Assembly (NCBI GenBank): GCA_030704615.1 | Contig: CM060734.1 | Location: 59,644,001 to 59,708,000, forward strand | Source of the DNA: Takakia lepidozioides | Lineage: Eukaryota; Plantae; Bryophyta | Direction: 5' to 3' | DNA length: 64,000 bases | In this document: positions 51,591 to 63,060 of the stretch, in pieces | How the letters are laid out: every line of letters begins with the position of its first letter | Position numbering within the stretch: the first letter of the stretch is position 1 | Notes under the pieces: model-generated | What the model saw: the letters and a program-made list of their open reading frames with translations, nothing else | The model's database searches: none | Told to the model about the DNA's origin: nothing | Position numbers and translations under genes: made by a program

Positions 51591-53127
51591 ATCCCTCCAA
51601 ATTCTTTTCAGGGAGCGCCGGATTTCGCGCCGAATTCATCCATGCCCTCCCTCCAATTTTATTTTTCTTGAAATGGATGATTTCGGCGCCGAAATTCATC
51701 CTTACTGTCCGCAATGAGTAACTCTAATATTACATTTTCTATGCGACGGATGAATTTTGGCGCCGAAATTCGTCCTTACTGTCCGCAATGAGTAACTCTA
51801 ATATTACATTTTCTATGCGACGGATGAATTTTGGCGCCGAAATTCGTCCAAACCCGACACTTACTATTTGCTTCTAGATGATATAATTTTCGGTAAATCG
51901 TTGGAAATACCCCGTTCCGACGAAGATAACAGGAATATTCTGCATTTAATGGAGAAATCGGCATATTGAACCCCTTCTATCAAAATTAATTGCATTTTAG
52001 CCGTTTTTTTCCTTTGAAACCGACAGTATCCATTAAGTGGTCTTTTTCGCACGGGACGTTGCCGCACATAAAGTATAATTTCGGCGCCAAAATTATAGTT
52101 AAATGTCCAAAAATGGCAAGTCCAACAGGCATGGACAGCATCCGTCAGGGGCAATGATGGCGGCAAAGCATAGCATGGTGCCGATTTAGTCTTCGCTCTG
52201 GATGAATTTCGGCGCCGAAATATGGATGATTTCACCTCGTCTACGCGCGGACGGAGATATTCGTAATGAATTTCGGCGCCGAAATATGGATGAAATGTGC
52301 CCAAGTGCAGCCGTTTCCACTGTCCCAGAATTAATTCCGGCTCCGATATCCCACTGACAGGTTTGCTCATGACGAATGAGGACTTGGGAAGCGATGAATT
52401 GCGGCGCCGAAATTTGTAAGTTTGTGTACGAAAGCACTTGAATATGATGAATTTTGGCGCCGAAATTCATCCGTCCGTTGATGAAACGTACCGACCTGAC
52501 TGTTGAATGTCATAGGCAGGGGATTTTCATGGCGGTTGGGTTTCATGATGTGCAGATATTTCATTCGATGTCAGCTGCTCCGGGAACAGCATCCGGTGAA
52601 CGGAAGGTATTTCGGTGCCGCAATTCGGATAAACCATCTTGTACTGGTGGCTGGAACTGGGCACGCGTCGTGTTCCAGTCGACTTCATCCGTGCGAACGT
52701 GTCAGGGGTCACAATCTCTTCATCACTCATACGGCAGAAAGTGGTGGACGGTGGCAACGCTTCGGGAGACGTGACTGCTTACACATCTGCTCGTGCATAG
52801 TGGTTGCATGTTCCACCGCTTCGCTCTCTCGCTCCTTGCCCTTCTGCAGTGACATTCTCCTGCGTTTCCTCTCCTTATGCGGCATAGTGGTAGCATAGAG
52901 TTTGTGGAAGGTCAGGCAACTCCGGCAAAGAGAAGGAGGACGCGGGATTTTGGGAAGCCGCCGACGACACGACTTAAGCTCCGTCTCATGCATGAAATGC
53001 TCCGGAGACTCGGATCGCCCACCAGTGAGAGATTCGTGCTTTGCGGATATGAAGCACTCCATACGCAATATTCCTTTTACACCTTTTTTTTTGCGTGCAG
53101 TGTCTCATGTTTTCCTGTTTGTTTGAC

Positions 53128-54782
53128 ATGGGAGCTGGGGAGGGATCGCAGGGGGGCGAAGCAACACAGTCAACTTTGGATACTCCTGCCCGGGTGCTGC
53201 ACTCGCAAGGTGGAAGTACATCGAGGCAGGCGAGTCCTCATTCAACACCTCAGATATCGCCTCAGAAAAGCCCACCTAGAGTTCGGAAGTCGAGGAAGCA
53301 GAAGGAGCCCATGGCTTCGCCAGTAAAACCCCTAGGGAGACTGGAAGCGGAGATATTGGGTTTGCAGTCAATTTCAAAAAACACGAATGCGGTGGAGGCC
53401 GCTGGAGATGTGGGAGTTGGATCTGCAGAAGGGCGGCCCATTGAGCTGACAGAAGGAGAGGACGACAACGTGGTACGACTTGGCGACGATCAGAACCTGC
53501 TGGAGCTTGCGGAGAAGCAAAACCTCCAAGACATTTCCTTCTCTGCAGACTCTTATCTTTCAGGCATTTTGCTTCGTGAAGAAACATTAGAAATTCAGAT
53601 TACGTGAAACAGGAAGACTTGTTGATTCCACAGTTGATCCACTGGAGTATAACGTCCTGTTCAACCATGTGGGAGAGAAGGACATTCTTTGTGATTTGTC
53701 GGGCAAGCCATGGAGGTATGGCAGGACCAGGAGTCCTGCATTCATCCCAGATGCTCATGGAAACATGTACGGATGTTGAAGGAAGGGTCCTCGACATCAC
53801 TGCAAATACAGGTGAGAACGTTAATTGAATGCGGCACCAAAATTGACACCATTTCCGTTTGTGTATGTTTGCTTGTGCGAGGAAGCGACTCATTCTTGAG
53901 TTTGGTTGTGGTTGTGTTGTATGAATTTGCAGGTGCCTGTATGTGGGCGGGAAGGATGTCGAACCGATTTGTGTTCTCATTTGAGGGGGATACGGCCTTG
54001 TACGATTACAATTTGGCGGGCCTTCAGCGTTTGCCTCCGACTGAGGATCCCAAAAACGCAGAAGATGACGTGGAAGGGGAGGAGGAAGATGAAGAGGAGG
54101 AAGTCCAGGAAATTCGTTCGATGCAGGGGCGCCCGAAGCCGCTTCCCCCAATGCCTGTCTTCGAGTGAGTTGCACCATAGTAAGTGTATTGGTTTCGGTT
54201 GTAGGGACCATGCAACCTGCCGATGATTCCCTGTTTGAATTCTCTAATGTACTTCATTCTATGTTTGTGCGTACACTCAGCCTTGCAGAGTCGTCCGACG
54301 AGGAGAAGCTGGGAGACTTGCCCGAATCGGACCCTGTTGCAGAGGAGGAGACAGAATCGCATCGGCCATTCTTTGCCAGAAAATCGTTTCTCGCGAGTCC
54401 CTAGAAGCCTTTTTTTCTACCAGCCTATGCAGACACGGCTGCCAGAGAAGCCATCAGGAGGAAGGATAGGCCTACTCGGTTAGAGCAATTGACATACGGG
54501 AATGAGCAGAGAATTATAATGAGGCGTGAGGCCAAACATAGAATTGTGAAAGGCAGAGTAGGGAAGTTCGTAATAGAATCCGCGTCCGAGAGCGAGGGGA
54601 ATGTTGAGGACACTTCCGCACCCAGGTGGACAGTTCCGGCTGGTGAGGATGGTATTTTTGAGGGGAGGGCTTCTCAGAGTAACAGCGGTAGCGACAGTGC
54701 AGGTTCGGAGGCAGGTGGAAGGCAGCCATCCTTGCATGAGGCCGGGGATGCATCGGACAGTGATAGCGGATCCTCACCATAG
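53128..54782 (+). CDS. Transposon-borne spliced gene of unknown function (acidic, low-complexity termini; disrupted)
   Basis: ORFs 53095-53607, 53604-53828, 53710-54168, 54223-54483 and 54489-54782 are linked by GT-AG introns (about 53812-53932 and 54165-54280). A frameshift or stop is present. Confidence 0.5.
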
Positions 54783-57560
54783 CAAAGTCTCATTTGGATC
54801 CTTTTGTTGTACAGTTCTGAAACACTTAATGAAAATATTGACGATTTGAAAAATCATTGTGTTCAGACTGCTTGTCCGATTCCCTACATTTCTTCCGCCA
54901 ACCAAAATGTATAATAAAAGCAGAAGAGACGCAAACTTCAGTGAAGAACCCTACAAGTAATTTATGCACACCATCGAGCCGAGAACTTGAAGCCATGAAA
55001 ACCCTGCCGTTTCTAACATTCCTATTGGGAAATTTGGCGCCGAAATAGCCCAATGTGCGCCTTCGTTATATGGGCCTCAAAAATTCCGCGGATGAATTAC
55101 TGTACCAAAATATCGCGATGGAAGCCTTCAGCACAAGGCACTTCAGCACATTCCACTTGGGTATTTCGGCGCCCAAATAGCCCGTTCTGCGCCATTAAAT
55201 ACCGCACTATATCACATTTTAAGAGGTAATTTCGGTGCCGAAATACCCCGGTGGATGTCTTCAAAACACCATTTTAGCACACTGCTCTTGGGAATAACGG
55301 CGCCGAAATACCTCATTCCGCATCCTGGACCAGGAGAAACAGACCCTATTACCGAGGTAAGAGGACATAACACCGTCAATAAAGGCAGGAAAATTCCAAT
55401 TCCGCGGATGTCCGCTCATGAGCTCATAGGCTCATGGGCTCATGGGCTCATGCGCTCATGAAATAGTAAACCTCCAAGAGCAGGGCTGGAACAGGAGCTA
55501 AGAGGTGCGGCAAGGCCATGGAATGTGCACCTAGGGTTTCAGAGCTTGGAAGAAAAGCTCTGGCACCACAAGAGGAGTGTCTTGTGGCTGGAAATGTAAG
55601 CCTTAGGGTTTCAGGAGCTTGGCAAGGGCTGTGGAGTGCTTAGTCTTGTCTTAGAGAGCATCAAGGAGCTAAGGAGCCAAGATAGGGGGCTGATACCTCT
55701 TGTGTGAAGAGGTTGCATGTGTGGAGCATGTATTCAGCTCATTGAAGCTTCCATCTTCAAGCTTGGAGGGCAAGCAAGGAAGAAGGAAGGGCTGACTTCC
55801 CTTATGTGAGAGCAATGCATGTGTGGAGCATGCTTTCAGCCTGTTGAAGGCTTGTACTTTCAGGTTTGGGAGTGCAAGAAAGGAAGGAAGGGGCTGGTTT
55901 CCTGTAGGGCATGTATGGATCATGCTTCCAGCCCGCTGAAGCGTGTATTTTCAGGTTGGTGGGTGCAAGAAAAAAAGCAAAGGGGCTGATCCTCTGGTGG
56001 TGAGAGTGGGGCATGTGTGGAGCATGCCTTCAGTCCATTAGGCTTTTGTTTTCAAGCTTTAGAGAACTAGAAGAGAAGGTAAGGGGCTGATCTGCTCTTA
56101 TGTGACAGTCCGACACTTGTAGAGCATGTTCTGAGTTGGGGTTTCAACCTCAAGCCTAGATAGAGCATGGCTCTTGAAGTGGCAGGTGTAGGGGGCTGGA
56201 ATAGGCTCTAAGACAGATGTTATGGCCAAGGGAAACGCTTGAATGAGTGCTCACAAGGGCTGGAAACCAACAAGGCTTGGTTTGTTTGCCATTGAGTTTA
56301 GTGGCGTGTTTGGGGAGTCTAAGTGAGAAAGAACGACTTGGTTTGTGGCAACCATCTTCCTCATGGCTTAGGGCTACTATTATTAGTGTTTGGGAGCCGA
56401 AAGAGCAAGAATACCTTGCTGATTTCTTCACAGCCGCCATAGCTCGGTGCAAAGAAGCCTAGAGTCCAAGAGACACAAACCCTAGCTTGGCGTGGCTAAA
56501 CCCCTTGGAGAAATGGCTAAACTGTCATGAGTGGCATGTGGGGCTGTGACCCCTGTGACCTGTGTAGGGCTGTGACAGGCTGTGCCATGTGGCCTGTGGG
56601 GCTGTGATGGGCTGTGACAGGCTGTGCCCTGTGGCATGTGAGGGGCTGTGAGGGGCTGTGGCCTTTGGGGCTGTGACCCTGTGACCTTTATAAGGCTGTG
56701 ACAGACTGTGACCTGTGGCCGTGGGGGCTGTGACATGTGGCCTTTGGGGCCTACACCTATACCTGCATCCACCGCAAGCACTCCTATGGTTGGCTGGTCA
56801 TCACCTCCAACCTCACCACAGGAGAAACAATGATGGTCTGGCTGGTCATCACCCCAGCCTCACCATCGACAGCATGCTCTAGGACTGGCCGGTGATCAAA
56901 TCCGGACCAATCACCTATAAAAACAAGCGCCCACACAAAACTAGCATGGCGCACAGTCAAGCATGCAGGTATGGAGGGGATCCAAACACAAGAAATCAGA
57001 ACGACAACTCCCTCACACCAAAAACAACTCCACGGTGTTGCTCTCGTAAGGACATCCCAGCCCAAACCCGGACTGACTCTTGCCGCCACCTACGGAAAGG
57101 TCTTGGCCTAATGAGAGGGTGGAAACTACGAGGAAGAGAAGCTAAAGCAATGCCTAACCCCAGCATGCCCTCATCCCAACACTCTTCCTTTCCTCTCTTC
57201 CCTCACTTGCATGACCATGGGAATATCATGAAGATACTCCTCAAACCGCCCTTCACGAGCTTCAAAATTCGGCCTTCAAGACCACATGCCAATCCTTAGG
57301 CAGTCCACCAGTGCCTCCACGAGTCAGCACAGGCCGTCCACAGGTCAACACGGGCTACCACAGACCAGCACAGGCCCACACAGCTCACTGCTCACAGCCG
57401 TCACAGCCCCACACATGCCACAGCCTGTCACAGCCCTACACAGGTCACAGGGAACCATAAGCCGCAACAGGTTCTCTACCCAGTTACCTTGTGGAGAGGG
57501 GGTTAGGGACATGTTCATGACCAGTTGAATGACAGTTTGTCAACACTGAGGTGCCACTAG

Positions 57561-58208
57561 TTGCTGGGGACAGTGCCGGTTCGAGCACTAGCGAGGCTGG
57601 CAGCTACAATCTGTGAGAGTGGGGAGGTTACTTCATCTTCTGCGGAGATAGTGGGAGGTGTAGTGCCGGAGGGATCCTCGGATTTGAGGGTCAAGACTGC
57701 CACGGCGGCGCCATGGCAAGCTGCAGCTGCCAGATTGATGGAGCTTCCAGCTAGGCCAGCCATTGAGCGCACCATGGTGACACCTGGAGTTGTCATGTTA
57801 GACAACCAGGATGACATTTTTTGTTTGAGTGGACCGGCAGGCAAGAGGTACCGGCCACTGCGGGTCTTGTTGGACTCAAAAGCTCAGCCATTGATGTTGG
57901 GCAGAGCTGCTATTGCAGGCTTGGGCCTCACGGAGGCGGATATGGAGCCTTGTCCTTTCCAGATACAAACGCCTCTGGGAGGATCGGAGCAGACTCGGGG
58001 CTTGACACGGCGTGAGTTGGCAATCAGACTACGGCCGGATCACCCTACAGATGGCTCAGTGATGTGAGTCAAGGCCATTGTGACAGACGCGGTCTCGTAC
58101 GATGTCTTGGTTGGTGGGGCAATGTTGTACCCCATGGGCTTCACCCTGGATTTTTGGGAGGAGTCAGCTTCCTATAGGCCTGGATGGTAGTCAGGGGAGG
58201 GCCGGTGT
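57561..58208 (+). pseudogene. Retrotransposon aspartic protease
   Basis: RVLLDSKAQPLMLG (a D-S-G-type active site with G replaced by K), followed by SYDVLVGG. Stops occur at about 58065 and 58188. Confidence 0.8.
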
Positions 58209-58579
58209 GTGCAGCTCATTGTGACGTTTATAGGAGGAGTTGTGGTTGCCCAGCGGGGCAAGATGCCGACACTAGCAGCATTTACAGCTGCAGTGACTTG
58301 GCCTGGAGAGTTGCTTGAGGGAAACGCTCATTCAGAGGATGACATACCTCCAGGAGAACAGGTTGACATGTATGTTATGGCGGAGTTGCCTGCCATGGTT
58401 GCTCAGACTCCATTGTGGGGCACGAGCAAGGATTTGCAGCGGGTTGCTGATCGACGGGTGCAACAAGCCTGGGTGGAGGCTTTTGTACCATCAAGAGAGG
58501 AGGAGAGTGCGGGGATTGCACCAGGACCACCTCAGTTGTCTCAATTGGACACCACACCTATTGTGTGGCAATATCCGGA

Positions 58580-59520
58580 TGAAGGCATTTGTCTTCTGGA
58601 CTTGTTTGGCGGGATCAGCACCAGATTGGCTACTGTGTTACAGGCAGGTGTACGAGTTCGGCGTTACCTGTATGTAGAGAGGGATGAGACTGCACGACGC
58701 ATTTCACTTCGCCATGTTGCTCAGTTGGTGCAGCGGTACCATAAGTTGTTGCCGGTGGCTGCAGTTCGTGGATATCAGCAGGCCTTGCCAGCAGACATTT
58801 CGTTGCTGGGGGCGCAGGATTTGGAGCGGGTTGGCTCTATTGATCTGGTAGTAGCAGGTTGGCCCTGCCAAGGACATTCATCAGCCGGGCATGGCAATGG
58901 ATTGCGAGACTCGAGGTCGGGTCTGTTTTGGGAGTTGGTGCGGGTTTTGCGCCACTTGCAGCTTCATCAAGCTGTATCTCCAGCATACATCTTGGAGAAT
59001 GTGCCACTGATGGGCGATTCTCGGGCCAGGATGATGGCCAGTGTGCATCAAGTCCGGTCGTGGCTTGGGTCAGCAGTGTTGTTAGATGCAGCTACAGTGG
59101 GGTCACGGGCTCATCGTCCACGGCTATGGTGGGCTAACTTGATGCCACCCGCACTGCTGAAGCGTGCATTTGATGGAGTGCAGCGGCCAGCACATCTCAC
59201 AGTGGATAGCATTCAGGACACAGGGAGGCAATCTCAGGTGTGAGACACGATGACCATTCGCCTTTGGCAGTGGTCAACAAGGTGGGTCAACCACGAGCAG
59301 CATTACCTACACTGTTCAGCTTCCCAGGATCGCATGTTTTCCGGGATTGTGGACCTGGCCGCCTGTGGGATGCTCAGTTGCAGCAGTTAGTGGAGCCTAA
59401 TGCTGACGAGCGTGAATGGGCAATGGATTTTTCCACTGGGACCACGGCGGTGCCTTCTCTTTCTGAGGCATCACGTCGTCAGGTGTTGGGGCAAGCAATG
59501 GATCTAAATTGCTGGACCTT
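58580..59520 (+). pseudogene. DNMT3-like C5 cytosine DNA methyltransferase domain embedded in pol
   Basis: Motif I LDLFGGIST, II YVERD, IV VAGWPCQG (catalytic PC, about 58860), VI ILENV (about 58995), VIII AHRPRLWWANL, IX ADERE.AM.F..GTT and X RRQVLGQAM are present in canonical I-X order. There is a frameshift at about 59240. Confidence 0.93.
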
Positions 59521-59993
59521 ATCAGCTTGGCTATGGCTGAGCAACGAAGAGTGCGGAGTGCACTTCCCTTAACGGTCTCTCTGCCTACCGAGACGGTACA
59601 GGCAGTGAGTGGGGGCAAGCCGGTAAGGACCACAGGGTGTAGTCATCCATGGCACACGTGGGAGGTGCTCGAGGTTCAGAGGGAGTTGGCAGCCAAGGCG
59701 GCTGTGATGGATGAGGTTGGGGATTCTTCTCGGGTTGAGGAGGTCCTCAAGGATGAGATGATGGGGCAGGATGAGGCCTTATCATTGACTGAGCAGGCAG
59801 GGAGTAGTGCTCAAGAGGTTGCGGCATAGCAACCACGGGACGCGTCCTCTACCGCTCAGTCTGCTGGACTTAAGGTTGCAGTTACGAAGGGAAATTGGGA
59901 GCCTGACATTGGACCTATTGTCACTAGAGGAGAGAGACGACGTATACGGCGGTTCCTGAGGCTTACAGGAATTGCTTTGCCTCTTGTACTACG

Positions 59994-61726
59994 GTGGAGG
60001 AGCATGAGAGATATGTTCAGGTTGTGCATCGACCGGGTTTGGTCAATAGGGATGCAAATGGATTGAGTCGCAATCCATGCACGAGCCAGCAAGATGACAC
60101 TGGAGCTCGGTGGCATGGTGAGACGGACGAGGAGATGGTGTCGGGATGGCATGCATCTGCCTTTTTGTGTATCTTGGCATCGGGAGGTCAGGTTGGACCT
60201 ACAACAGGGATGACTATAGACGAAGTGTCTGAGGACCTTGAGGCTAGTGATGAGTCAGGTGGTGCCAGAGATATACATGAGGATTCGGTTGTGTTGGACT
60301 ACCTCCGCACTGGAGACACGGCAGCTAGTGTGACTGCCAAGGAGAGGGATCGGATCCTACAACGAGCCAAGAGGTTCAAGTGGGAGGGGATACACCTGCT
60401 TCGAGTGTGGGAGGATGGTTGGGTGAGGATCGTGCCTCACCCAACACAGCGTGCACGGTTAGTGTGGCATGCCCATGAGGAGTTGGGGCATTTTGGAGTG
60501 CGACGCACTCATAGTTTACTGCAGGGGCAGTATTGGTGGCGTGGTATGCATACAGAGGTGCAACAGTTCGTGGCTAGGTGCATGGTGTGTGACAGGGTGC
60601 GTGCTTCATTCAACGCCCCTACACCACAGTTGCATCCTTTACCAATCATGGGATTGGGCTACAGGTGGAGTCTTGACTTCGCAGGATCGTTGTCACTGAC
60701 TATGCGCCACCACAGATATGTGTTGGTGATGGTGGAGCACTTCTCCAAGTGGATTGAGTTGGTTCTATTGCCTAACAAGGCTAGTGAGGGGGCTGCGTAT
60801 GCATTCTTGGATCGTGTGCTTAGCCGATTTGGTGCTCCAGCTGAGGTACTCATGGACCAAGGGAGAGAGTTCTTGGGGAGTTTCAGGCTTTGTGTGATAA
60901 AGCCTTGATAGACCACCGCACCACTTCTCGGGATCATCCTGAGGCCGATGGCTTGGTAGAGAGAGTTGTTCAGACGGTGAAGAGGGGTTTGCGCAAGTAT
61001 GGCTTGCAGAAGGGACACCTAGGATATTGGGATCTTCAGGTTCCTTGGTTAGCCATGGGCTACAGGTTCAGCAAACAAGCATCACTTGCAATTGCCTCCT
61101 TCTCACCATATTTCCTTCTCTTTGGCCGAGAGCCGGATTTGCCTGCAGCCATTCATAGGGACACTGCTCAAGTCCTTAACCTTGACAATCCGGACGTGTG
61201 GGTACGTGCATGTGATCAGCGTGCAGAGTTGTTCAAGAAAGTCATGCTCATGGCTTTTGAGAACCTTGTCATTGCACAGCACCGTGATACGTTGAGGTAT
61301 GCCACTATACGTGGTGGAGGATATCGTCCTAGGGTTCGGAGGTTTAGCCCTGGTAGCTATGTTTATTTGCAACAGACTGCTCCTACGACTCTGGATGTTA
61401 CTGCAGGGCGTGTTATTCTAAGGGTTCGAGAGGTGTTGCCCTCAGGGGTCCTGATCTTGGAGGGTCGGGATGGCATGACTTGGAAGGACCATGTGCGTAA
61501 TTGTGCGCCATGTCATCTTCCCAATGTCGATGGCAGAGTTGACCCAAACTTGGCAGTGGTACCTGCAGGTTTGAGGTGCATGCTCTGTGGGTCTGCCAAA
61601 GGGGCAGCCACCATGCTGGTGTGTGATCGATGCTCAAGGGGTTGGCATATGGGATGCTTGACACCACCTCTTGAGAAGGTTCCTAACGGAGATTGGTTGT
61701 GTCCACACTGCTTGGGATGGTGGTAG
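59994..61726 (+). pseudogene. RNase H C-terminus, Gypsy integrase (H2C2 and DDE core) and C-terminal PHD finger
   Basis: VVHRPGLVNRDANGLSR; HEELGHFG...YWWRGM...CMVCDR; WSLDFAG; LMDQGREF; DGLVERVVQTVKR; and CMLC...LVCDRCSRGWHMGCLTPPLEKVPNGDWLCPHC (C4HC3, 61577-61711). There is a frameshift at about 60885. Confidence 0.92.
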
Positions 61727-62894
61727 TGGACATGACTGGAGGCAGCTAACAAGACATGGGAGGCCAAGCTCAAGTTCATAGGTTGCAAGACGGCGACTAA
61801 CGATGGGGCAACTCTTGCACCCGGCCTCTTGATCTATCGAGTTTGAGTGTAGTAGGGATAGTGGTGGAGGACTTAGTGAGGCTATGGTCACTATCACATC
61901 TTGTGGTTACCTGGACTTAGAGGGACCTAAGCACCAGCTAGGGGGGCGATTGTGTGGACTAGTGACTGCCATAGTGGGCAGCATAGTGGCAGCCTAGTGA
62001 CTTACTAGTTGTAGCCTAGTGGTTGGACTAGTGACTGTACTAGTGGTGGACTAGTGATATACTAGTGTGTGGCGTGCACATGTGTTGTGTGGTTTTGGAC
62101 AGCGATGTAGTTGTGTAGCGATATGTATGTGCACGACAAACCAAAGGGATGAAAAGAGTGAAACAGAAGAGAGAACGAACAGGCCTCCATTGGAAAAAGG
62201 GGATCATCAAGGGTAAAAGACAACAAAGGGAAAGAGGGTTCTTCGAATGGAGTAGGTAGAACGTGAGCACAAACGGCATGAGCACAAACCCACGGTCATG
62301 GGGGTTTTATGTTTTTTTAGACGTGGTCATAGGAGTTATATCTTTTCAAAAGAGAATAAAATCCGAAAACCCTAATGCGAAATAGGCACCCATAATGTAT
62401 ATCTACAAGCTCAGGTTCCACATATCTACAGCTTTGGTATGCTACAAGCAAACAACGGGTTTCGTTAACGAAATAAATCAAGGTAGCAGGTTTCGCCAGC
62501 GAAATAATGGGTTTTGCTTGTGAAATAGTGGGTTTCGCCTCTGCGTAGGTCATTATCCTATGGTTTCGTGGGCAAAACAAAATGTATTGTGTTTGATTTT
62601 GCATATAAAAGACGACGTGAGATTGTTTTATTTCGCTAATGAATTAGGGTGATAGGGTGACTAACCCATCTTCGTGTGGCTTTGCGCTCACGTGAGCACA
62701 AATTTCACATTTTAGTTTCGCAATCATGTGGATGTCTGGCCCACCTGAAGAAGTTTGTGCTTGCATAGGGCACAATTTGTTGTCTGATGCATGAATTTCC
62801 ATTGCAGCTATACATGCCCACAATTTGCCAGCAGAACAAAAAAAGTAGGAGGTTTGTGTAAGGATGTGGTAGGGAAAGAAGAAACTCAGAAGGA

Positions 62895-63060
62895 GTTTGT
62901 TGGAAAAATCCCTAAGCGAGATGTGATCTCTTGGAATGCCATGAATGCAGGATTAGCTTGGCACGGGCAAAGTGAAGAGGCTTTTCGTTACTTCCGAAGT
63001 ATGCAACAAGAACCCAAAAGGTCACCTTCATGAGCATCCTCAATGCATGTGCCAGTCCCG
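62895..63060 (+). pseudogene. Isolated PPR motif fragment
   Basis: KIPKRDVISWNAMNAGLAWHGQSEEAFRYFRSMQQE..VTFMSILNACAS. Confidence 0.75.

Larger units (their letters stand above)
47688..55475. mobile_element. 7.8-kb TIR DNA transposon (Mutator-like by TSD length and SWIM cargo; no transposase core recognised), nested in the LTR
   Basis: The left TIR is GGGGGGTTGCTATTCCATGAGCTCATGAGC... and the right TIR (reverse complement) is GGAGGTTTACTATTTCATGAGCGCATGAGC.... The TSD AAGAGCAG lies at 47680-47687 and 55476-55483 (8-10 bp depending on the TIR boundary). The empty site is seen in LTR copy 1 near 3210-3240. Confidence 0.88.
47023..62080 (+). mobile_element. Ty3/Gypsy LTR retrotransposon copy 2 carrying a C5 DNA methyltransferase and an integrase-linked PHD finger; internally deleted
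   Basis: The 5' LTR spans 47023-57534 (TGTCA...TGACA), interrupted at 47688-55475. The order is then PR, DNMT, RT start, RNase H end, INT, PHD. A polypurine tract AGGGGGGCGAT at 61940-61950 is followed by TGT. Confidence 0.88.

Noticed and set aside
50820-51592. ORFs with repeated MNFGAEIH / DEFRRRNS peptides
   Set aside because: These are translations of the palindromic tandem repeat on both strands, not credible proteins.
50490-52630. A true CRISPR array
   Set aside because: The context is eukaryotic and inside a TIR transposon, with no cas genes. The repeats are degenerate, and in the core block the spacers are identical tandem copies.
58209-59572. A host DNMT3/DRM gene or a bacterial restriction-modification methylase contaminant
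   Set aside because: It is intronless, has no PWWP, ADD or UBA domains and no partner endonuclease, and lies in the same pol reading path as the protease and integrase.
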